From the NCBI GenBank assembly GCA_011364965.1, contig RDOB01000002.1:32001-96000 (forward strand): 64,000 bases of DNA, read 5' to 3'. Below, piece after piece: positions 50,891 through 58,519 of the stretch; the first letter of the stretch is position 1, and each line of letters begins with the position of its first letter. The notes beneath the pieces are model-generated. The model searched no databases and had not been told where the DNA came from. It saw only the letters and a list, made by a program, of their open reading frames with translations. Source of the DNA: Candidatus Heimdallarchaeota archaeon (GTDB lineage: Archaea; Asgardarchaeota; Heimdallarchaeia; Hodarchaeales; Hodarchaeaceae). The position numbers were made by a program, and so were the translations under genes.

Positions 50891-52237
50891 TTGAAAGTTT
50901 TAATAATCGGGGGCAATCCTGCAGGTTTAAGTGCTGCTAGCGCTATTCGTAAAGCTCATCCTGATTGGGAATTAGCTGTTTATGAAAAAGACCGCTATAT
51001 CTCTTATGGTGCTTGTGGAATTCCATATTATGTAGCCAAAGAAGTGGAATCACTTGATAATCTGATAACTTTGACAAAAGAAATTCTCGAAGAGGAACGA
51101 AACATACCTATTTTCTTATATCATGAAGTTACTGCCGTTAACTTTCTAGAAAAAAGAGTTTCAATTAAGAATATAATGGAATCAAAGGATTTAACAAATA
51201 ATTATGATAAATTGATAATCGCAACTGGAGCAAATGCTAAGATAGACCCAAAGTATCCGTTAGCTCATCCTCGTGTATTTAAAGTTCATACATTAAATGA
51301 TGCTGAGATTCTAAGGACATCATTAAGTACTAAATCTATTAGATCTGTTGTAATTATTGGTGGAGGGTATATCGGTTTGGAAATGATTGAATCTTATTTA
51401 ACCTACGGGATTGAGGGAAAAAATATTACCATAATAAGTCCTCGCTTAGTATTTCGATCCTCAAGTCAAGATTATATTAGAAAGGAGCTTGAGAAGCACG
51501 ATATTCGTTACATTGATGATCGGGTAACAGATATTTCCATTCTCTCAACTGAAACTTTGATTGTTAAATTGCAGAACAATCAATCAATTAAAACTGAGTT
51601 GGTACAAATCTCAGTAGGTGTGGAACCCGCAACAAAGATTTTTGGGGACTTGAAAATGCTTTCCAATGGTGCGATTCTAACAGATGAATATATGCGTACT
51701 TCCATACCTGATGTGTATGCAGCTGGTGATTGTATTGCTAGTTACCACCAGATATTGAAGAAAAATGTTTATATTCCTTTGGCTCCTGCAGCGAACAAGC
51801 AAGGTCGAATAGCTGGAAGCCACATTGCTGGTATACCGACTGATGGGTTTCCTGGGGTTTATGGAACAGCTATTTTCAAAGTTTTAGATCTCTATTGTGC
51901 AATGACTGGAATTGATGAGAATTCTGCAAAGGAAAATGGATTTGATGTTCAAAGTATTATTATCGAGAATAATGAGATAGCGCATTATTATCCAAATGCT
52001 AGGAAAATTTCCATTCGAATAATCTTCGATATAAACTCCCATAGACTCTTGGGAGCTGAAATAGTTGCTAGATCGGCTATGGGGGCCAAAAAAATTGATG
52101 TTTTTGCAACAGCCTTAGCAGCTAAGATGAAAATCGAGGATATACAAAATTTAGATTTAGCTTATGCTCCACCATTTGCTACGGTTTGGGATCCGATTTT
52201 AATTGCAGCTAATATAGCTCGAAAGAAATATCAATGA
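50891..52237 (+). CDS. CoA-disulfide reductase / NADH oxidase family flavoprotein
   Basis: IIGGNPAGLSAA, SYGACGIPY (redox Cys), ATGA, GGGYIGLE, YAAGDC, DLAYAPPF. Start set at TTG 50891 after GGAGG. Confidence 0.9.
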   Translation: MKVLIIGGNPAGLSAASAIRKAHPDWELAVYEKDRYISYGACGIPYYVAKEVESLDNLITLTKEILEEERNIPIFLYHEVTAVNFLEKRVSIKNIMESKDLTNNYDKLIIATGANAKIDPKYPLAHPRVFKVHTLNDAEILRTSLSTKSIRSVVIIGGGYIGLEMIESYLTYGIEGKNITIISPRLVFRSSSQDYIRKELEKHDIRYIDDRVTDISILSTETLIVKLQNNQSIKTELVQISVGVEPATKIFGDLKMLSNGAILTDEYMRTSIPDVYAAGDCIASYHQILKKNVYIPLAPAANKQGRIAGSHIAGIPTDGFPGVYGTAIFKVLDLYCAMTGIDENSAKENGFDVQSIIIENNEIAHYYPNARKISIRIIFDINSHRLLGAEIVARSAMGAKKIDVFATALAAKMKIEDIQNLDLAYAPPFATVWDPILIAANIARKKYQ

Positions 52238-53883
52238 TTTTTGTTTACTTCTGGCGATTTGGGGAAAAATAATTCCTCTGTGAAAAAAGATTGAAATTTT
52301 TGTATTTCGTTAAGTTCTTTCCTTATTGCAAGCTTCGAGATTTCTATTGCTATTCGTCTTGATTCTTGCGATAATAATATCGTTCTTCCCCCTTTTTCAG
52401 CTGTATTACCTTGAATTTGATATTTCGAATTCGGTAAATTTGGGAGTAATCCAATTATTTTTGCATTCTGGATGTTTAATTTTGATCCAAACACCCCAGC
52501 TATTATTACCATATCTATTTCTTCAATTTTGATGTTAAGAGAGTATGTTAATGAACGAATAGCTCCCATTGTTGCTGCTTTGGCCTTTTGAATTGCTTCC
52601 ACATCTCTCCGCGTAAGAAATATCTCGTTATTGTTAGCTGTTTGATTATGGGGAACTAGAATCAACTTGTTTGTTAAATTCCCATCTTTTGTAAAAAGTC
52701 GTCCTCGGTAATCCAGCTGCTTATGTTTCCATAATTCAGAAAGAATGTCAATAATTCCACTTCCACATATTCCTTTTGGTAAACCTGCGCTAATTACAAC
52801 ATATTCAATATTATTATTTACTATCCTGAATTCTTCAATAGCTCCTGATATACCTCTCATTCCACACTCAATATGTTGACCCTCAAATGCTCCACCTGCG
52901 GCTACTGAGGCTGCATAAATCTCATTCTCATGAATTAATATAATTTCAGAATTAGTGCCAAAATCTATTAATAAGGATGTTTTAGAACTCTTATTTATTT
53001 CTGTATAAAGTATATCAACAACAGCATCAGACCCAATAAATCCTCCAATTAACGGAGGTATAGTGATGATCGTATCAGTGGGTAATCCCAATATTTTATG
53101 GTTTTTAAACTTCTTCGCAGGAAAGGAACGCAGTTCTGTGAAATCAGGAGTATATGGAGCGCGAGATAATTTCTCTATGGGAGCAAAACAAAAAAGATGA
53201 TGCATAACGGTGTTTCCAATGACAACTATCTCAAGAATCTCTGAAAATGGTCTATTCAGCATGTTGAGAATTTTAATAATTAGTTCTTTAATGCCCTTGA
53301 GGATTTTTATTTGCAATTCCTCTCGGTTTTTTTCTGAGTTCAACGCATAAGTTAGTCGTGTTACAATATCTCTACCTATTGAGATTTGAGGATTAATTGA
53401 GGAATCAGCACCTAGTAAGATACCAGTAGTTAAATCTATCACAGTCACTACAATGGAAGTTGTCCCTATATCAACAACGATGCCTAATGGATTGTGAATA
53501 CCTTTTTTATTCACAACAGAATATGGATATTTTAATACAAAATTAAGATAAGTGTCTCTAATTTTAAAAATATTATCTTGATGGACTGAAAAGTCAATAA
53601 TACTAATTGTAAGATCCGTACTCGGTATAATTTGGCATGCTAGTTTAATATTTGATAAATACGTATTATTTTTCTTCGCTTGATCAATCTCAAGTGAATT
53701 GCAGTCATTAAGAATGGAATATCCAAGAATTCTTATTCTACACTTCCCACATTTCCCCTTACCAGAACATAATGAGTTAATCATATTCTGAGGTGAGTTA
53801 TTATTGACAATACTAAGCAATGATTCCTTGTTTGGCTTGTACTCAATAATTTTATTGAGGTTTACGATTTTTATTCTTTTAAT
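52231..53883 (-). CDS. ASKHA-domain corrinoid reductive activator (RACo/RamA-like) with N-terminal 2Fe-2S domain
   Basis: CSGKGKCGKC...LACQ, DIGTT, NPQ...G.DI.TR, GNTVMHHL, GGFIGSD, DFGTNSE, GAFEG, GICGSG, AGVFG, GNTA. The frame extends upstream of 53820; the ATT start at 53883 is tentative. Confidence 0.85.
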   Translation of the reverse strand: MKRIKIVNLNKIIEYKPNKESLLSIVNNNSPQNMINSLCSGKGKCGKCRIRILGYSILNDCNSLEIDQAKKNNTYLSNIKLACQIIPSTDLTISIIDFSVHQDNIFKIRDTYLNFVLKYPYSVVNKKGIHNPLGIVVDIGTTSIVVTVIDLTTGILLGADSSINPQISIGRDIVTRLTYALNSEKNREELQIKILKGIKELIIKILNMLNRPFSEILEIVVIGNTVMHHLFCFAPIEKLSRAPYTPDFTELRSFPAKKFKNHKILGLPTDTIITIPPLIGGFIGSDAVVDILYTEINKSSKTSLLIDFGTNSEIILIHENEIYAASVAAGGAFEGQHIECGMRGISGAIEEFRIVNNNIEYVVISAGLPKGICGSGIIDILSELWKHKQLDYRGRLFTKDGNLTNKLILVPHNQTANNNEIFLTRRDVEAIQKAKAATMGAIRSLTYSLNIKIEEIDMVIIAGVFGSKLNIQNAKIIGLLPNLPNSKYQIQGNTAEKGGRTILLSQESRRIAIEISKLAIRKELNEIQKFQSFFTEELFFPKSPEVNKNH

Positions 53884-54067
53884 TGTTATTTCCCTTCTTT
53901 TTTGACCTCTACGCTTTTCTATATGATTTTTCCTATATCAATTTTTTGACTTGCCTCTAAATATTTCCTTATTAACCCCAAATGCGCGAACATAGCTTGA
54001 CATTAGTTTGCCCATTTTTATCCCCCCTCATTTTTGAAAATTTGGGTACGTATGTCCTAGTGCTATA

Positions 54068-54102
54068 CGAAGAACGGGGGAGGTTTCCTCTTCCGTTCTT
54101 CG
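54068..54102. other. GC-rich 16-bp stem-loop in intergenic region
   Basis: CGAAGAACGGGGGAGG-TTT-CCTCTTCCGTTCTTCG: 14 Watson-Crick plus 2 G-U pairs on the + strand. Confidence 0.6.
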
Positions 54103-54226
54103 CTTTCTCCATAAATGCTTGCTAAACAATTTTGCTTTTATGCAAGAACAAGATTTCTATTAAATCTACTCAAATAATCTTTCTAGCATCAGAAATTCTG
54201 TATTGGAAGTCCGATTTCTTTTCGTA

Positions 54227-54793
54227 TTATGTTAACAATTCTCGGATTACACGAGTGAGTTTTGGTAATCCATATCCAGTTTTCTGACTAGTGACAATGA
54301 TCTCAAATGGGCTGGTTTTTGGTATATTCAAGGCTTTTTGAATGGTATTTTCCACATCATAGATCAGTTTTGAATAATCTTCCTCCTTGGAATCGGCCTT
54401 AATTAGATCAAATTTATTACAAACAATTAAACACGGTTTAGAGTCAATTAGAGGGATTATTCGTTCCTGAAACTCAATTTTTGATTCGTTAAATCGGGAG
54501 TGGTCATATGCATCGACCACATAAATAATAACATGGCTATTTTCAATATGAGTTTTCCAAAGATCTCTCAAAGCTTTCTGTCCTCCCAAATCTATGATTG
54601 TTGCTTTAACTAGGTCATCCTCATCAAAAGAAATCGAATCCATAGTCGATGCGAGAGTTGGCTTTAGATTAGCCACGAACCTTCCCGTTTTTAATCGAAT
54701 ATACATTGCAGTTTTTCCTGCATAATCCAAACCACAAAAGACCAAGTTGATTGGCTCTCCTATAGCGCGAATTGCTGTTTTCAAATGACTCAT
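54227..54793 (-). CDS. Arf-like small GTPase
   Basis: GLDYAGKT, KPTL, DLGGQ..LR.LW, IYVVDA, NKFD, TSQKTGYGL. Confidence 0.9.
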   Translation of the reverse strand: MSHLKTAIRAIGEPINLVFCGLDYAGKTAMYIRLKTGRFVANLKPTLASTMDSISFDEDDLVKATIIDLGGQKALRDLWKTHIENSHVIIYVVDAYDHSRFNESKIEFQERIIPLIDSKPCLIVCNKFDLIKADSKEEDYSKLIYDVENTIQKALNIPKTSPFEIIVTSQKTGYGLPKLTRVIRELLT

Positions 54794-54796
54794 AAG

Positions 54797-56335
54797 TTAT
54801 GTTCCTCCTGAGTTATACAACGATTTGATAGTAACTGTACTCCCTTCAAATTGTCCTTTTAACTCCTCAAAGTAATTGAATGCTAGTTCAACATCATCAG
54901 AAATCATATTAATCTCTGTGGGATTTCTTTTTGTAATTTCTTCAGGTATAATGATCATAGAGGAACCAACTTTATAGAATAATATTATAGTATTCCCAAT
55001 AAGGATATCCTGGGAAATATAATCAGAAGGAATGAAGGTAATAACATCAGTTGGTAAAATGCCCCTTTTTTCTTGACTTTCATATTTATCTGTTCTTAAT
55101 AACTCGATAAAAAGCTCTTTTTGCTCTTCAGCTACAATTAAATTTAATTTAACGTCGAAATTCTCAGAATAAAATATTTTTAGTAAAATATCCTCTACAA
55201 AATTGGAATGGATAATAACTACACCGATAATTTGAGCATATTTCACATCTGTTTCAAGTCGCTTTCTAGTCGAAGATGTGTCTGCTATTGAAGAAAGGAA
55301 GATATCTTTATCAACTAACCTTACATTTGAATATGCATTTTTTAATATCTGAAGTTCTGGCTCTTTAATGGATTTGAGATCAATAACTGATTGATATTGA
55401 GATTCTGCAAGCTGTGATAGCGTTTTAACAAGTGTTAAATATTTAAATTTCCGTTTTCCTTCTTCGCTTCCCATTGACGTTGATTGGCAGATACCTTCTA
55501 GGCAGTTTAAAGTGATATTGAAATGGTGCTCACTTGAAAACCTAAAATCAAACTTCTTTTGGGAGAAGAATGCAGTGCTCCTCTCAATTAAATTCTGTAA
55601 AACTTCACCTCTATAATCCAAAGATCTAAAATCTGCTTCTAATAATCTTGAATTTTCAATTAAATTTTGTTCAATATTCTTTATCTCTTCAAGATAAAAC
55701 TGTCGTTTTGAAATTTTTCCTCCACATGCTATCAGCTTCGCAAGGATTATTGCTTGATTCTGGTTCATCCAAAGAGATGATAATATGAAAAAGACTAAAG
55801 AAAATAAGGAGGGAATTTTCATTGATAATTTCTGCAATTTTGCAAAATAATGAAGTAAATTTACGAATTCATCAATTTTTTTTCTTTCTGGTTGATCTAT
55901 TATCTCTAAACATAATTGATCAAGTTTAAGCATTAGTTCTTTAGCCTCGTTTGGTTTGATTAAATAATTTGGTTTGAGTGTCCCCAAGGAAACACGGTTA
56001 AGAAGCTCATCAATTCCAATAGCTAATATAACTGTTTTGGGGCGAGTATGTGACATTTCTATTAAATTTAATTCAATGAGGCTAGAAAATCCATCGGGTA
56101 ATTCTAAACGTGTAGGATTGCATCGTATATCCTTTGCAAGAGTAATTGGTTTAATTTGACCACCATGTAAGACCAAAGAAAGCAAGATTTGGGCTTGAAA
56201 ATCTTCAAGACCACTGTATATGAATAACCTTAGGAGTTGGTGGCGAATAAACGAATCTGTGGGAATCAGATTCAGATAATCCACCATACTTCCTTCCTTT
56301 TTTACCTTCTCTCTCGTATCGTCTGATTTGATCAC
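54797..56335 (-). CDS. TrmB-like protein with two wHTH-like repeats
   Basis: SGLEDFQAQILLSLVLHGG...LAKDI...SLIELNLIE...RPK; second unit MNQNQAIILAKLIACGG; alpha/beta C-terminal domain. Confidence 0.55.
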   Translation of the reverse strand: MIKSDDTREKVKKEGSMVDYLNLIPTDSFIRHQLLRLFIYSGLEDFQAQILLSLVLHGGQIKPITLAKDIRCNPTRLELPDGFSSLIELNLIEMSHTRPKTVILAIGIDELLNRVSLGTLKPNYLIKPNEAKELMLKLDQLCLEIIDQPERKKIDEFVNLLHYFAKLQKLSMKIPSLFSLVFFILSSLWMNQNQAIILAKLIACGGKISKRQFYLEEIKNIEQNLIENSRLLEADFRSLDYRGEVLQNLIERSTAFFSQKKFDFRFSSEHHFNITLNCLEGICQSTSMGSEEGKRKFKYLTLVKTLSQLAESQYQSVIDLKSIKEPELQILKNAYSNVRLVDKDIFLSSIADTSSTRKRLETDVKYAQIIGVVIIHSNFVEDILLKIFYSENFDVKLNLIVAEEQKELFIELLRTDKYESQEKRGILPTDVITFIPSDYISQDILIGNTIILFYKVGSSMIIIPEEITKRNPTEINMISDDVELAFNYFEELKGQFEGSTVTIKSLYNSGGT

Positions 56336-56482
56336 AAAAATTCCTCATAGATATAAGAAACATTTACTAATTTTAGCGTATGTAGCTACTTCTGTTTTTC
56401 AACGAAACTTATGAATAATCAAATGTATTATTAATGTTAATATTATAAGATATTGATATTAGCCAAGTGAGCATTTGGATGA

Positions 56483-57460
56483 ATGATTTTGACCTTACAA
56501 GAGTCAGTATTTTCTTCTATAATGTTTTGCTATTTCTTAGACTGTGGACCTAGCTCTATCGACCATTTCTTCCTTAATGAAATCAAAGAAAATCCCGATT
56601 TAACTGCGGTGAGACTGATGACCAAATCAACAGCTTTAGTCAAAGGTGATAGCAACCAAAAAATTGAGCAATCAATTATAAGTCAATTATGTGGACCCGA
56701 TATATACCCTGTGGACACAAGTTATCGAATGGTTTGGTATAATTGGTTAATCGCAAATAGATTTTCTAATGACCCTAGAATCAGAAGAACAGGAGCTGTT
56801 GGTGGGATTTACTGCATTTATATGAAGAAGAATGAAGCGATTATTCGAAATTCTCTCGAGATCATTGAAACTGTTATCAGAGATACTAGTTCAGAACTAA
56901 AAAGCATTGATGACATCATTAAAAGGCAATTCAACCATACTTTATCAACTAATATTGGAGAAAAACAATTTCTAGAATTTATTGGCAAAAAAACCTCTGA
57001 TATTATCACAAAACAACTCAATATGACTTTAAATGAAAAAATTCATGAATTTTCTAGCCAGATTACGAGGGAGCGGATGTCTCAAACAGAAAAGTTCAAA
57101 ATCATTCTCCAGGATATGGTATTTAAAAAAGGAACACCAGATGAAATTATTGAACCAGCTGATAAGAGAATACATTGGAATTCAATTATTAAGAAATTAG
57201 ACAAAATCATATTGAATAGAATACCAGAGTTAGTAAAAAAAAAGGCGGATCCCAAAAAATTAAGGGAATTGTATGAATTATTGTTAGAGGAAAAGATCTG
57301 GATAGCTTTACCACTTAATGAACAGAACTTAATAATTCAAACAAAAGATATTGCAGATTTTTTCTTCTACTATTGGCTAGCACATCATCAATTACTCAAG
57401 AAGAATAAGATAGTCCAATTGTACGTCCAAGTGACAAATTTATCGAAATTGACGTCTTGA
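56483..57460 (+). CDS. Hypothetical protein with possible longin/uDENN-like N-terminal domain
   Basis: FCYF..CGP, LCGP.IYP, VWYNW, DPRI..TG, YCIY pattern, followed by a helical region. Confidence 0.45.
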   Translation: MILTLQESVFSSIMFCYFLDCGPSSIDHFFLNEIKENPDLTAVRLMTKSTALVKGDSNQKIEQSIISQLCGPDIYPVDTSYRMVWYNWLIANRFSNDPRIRRTGAVGGIYCIYMKKNEAIIRNSLEIIETVIRDTSSELKSIDDIIKRQFNHTLSTNIGEKQFLEFIGKKTSDIITKQLNMTLNEKIHEFSSQITRERMSQTEKFKIILQDMVFKKGTPDEIIEPADKRIHWNSIIKKLDKIILNRIPELVKKKADPKKLRELYELLLEEKIWIALPLNEQNLIIQTKDIADFFFYYWLAHHQLLKKNKIVQLYVQVTNLSKLTS

Positions 57461-57536
57461 TCGAAATAATTATGAATTTTAAATGTATTTTAAAAGTTAT
57501 TTGAATAAATCAGAATCATTATTACTTATCATTTAG

Positions 57537-58196
57537 GTGAGAATAATGACTAATCACTCCATAATTCGGGTTTTTTATTTACTATTTCTTCAATGTATTT
57601 TAATTTCTTCCCCAATTCTCCCTTTAATGGTTACTTCAATGTATTTTTGGGGTGATTACCCAGTAAAGCTCAGAAAATCTGTATTTGCGTCTCAACAGAA
57701 CGCAACTCTCGATTTAATTCCTCCAATCATTATCGGCCCTCCTGATATCAGCTACTTAGTGAATACTACAGGTCATAACATTACTTGGGAGATTGCTGAT
57801 AAGAATCCGAGGAATTATTCAATCCAGCATAATTATCTGTATATCGAGACAGAAAAAAATAAGTCTTGGACTCAAAACCAATCTGTGAGTATTTCAATTG
57901 ATCATCTTCCAATTGGAATCCATCTTTATATAATAATAGTTGAGGATTTGTGGAATAATAAAATTGCAGATGATGTTAAAGTAAATGTGAAAGAAACCGC
58001 TTATGTTCCGACTTTCAATTATTCCACAACTTCCTTAATTAATCTGGGCGATTTTTTGAATCCATTTTTCCTCCTTGGAATTGGTTTACTATCTTTATTG
58101 GCTATTGTTGGCCGAATTAAAATCCGAAGAAAGGAAGATTTAGATATTGATCTCCCTCCAGAAGATCCATTGGAGTTAGAATCTTCGGAAAATTAG
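57537..58196 (+). CDS. Membrane protein with single Ig-like ectodomain
   Basis: N-terminal TM; PPIIIGPPDISY...GHNITW...D.NP.NYSI...GIHLY.I.VED...D.V.V; C-terminal TM and acidic tail. Confidence 0.7.
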   Translation: MRIMTNHSIIRVFYLLFLQCILISSPILPLMVTSMYFWGDYPVKLRKSVFASQQNATLDLIPPIIIGPPDISYLVNTTGHNITWEIADKNPRNYSIQHNYLYIETEKNKSWTQNQSVSISIDHLPIGIHLYIIIVEDLWNNKIADDVKVNVKETAYVPTFNYSTTSLINLGDFLNPFFLLGIGLLSLLAIVGRIKIRRKEDLDIDLPPEDPLELESSEN

Positions 58197-58519
58197 AATT
58201 TCAATTGAATCATAAGCATAAAATGTCAATATAATAGAAAAATACATTCAAATGATGAAATGCAACTAAAATTTAACACGATTAAAATTATTTCAGATAT
58301 CTTTGTGAAAAATAATCATTAAAAGACTTAGTAAAGTATCAACGAAAGTTTTAGTCATAACATATAAAACATGAAAAAATTTATAAGTAATGACTTAGAG
58401 AAATATATTGTTTAAACATAAAATAGAGTGAATCTAAAAAGTCATTAAAATAAAAAATAAGAATCATAATTCAATAAATTGGCACGATATGAATAAAATA
58501 CAAAATATGGTGAAATCTT

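Noticed and set aside
53938-53940. In-frame TGA as selenocysteine, with the 54068-54102 hairpin as SECIS
   Set aside because: The TGA falls in a basic, low-complexity stretch rather than at a conserved Cys position, and the hairpin lacks the AUGA/GA or GAA/A SECIS features.
58388-58447. Inverted repeat TAATGACTT...AAGTCATTA upstream of the surface protein gene
   Set aside because: 9-bp AT-rich arms with a 42-bp spacer could arise by chance.
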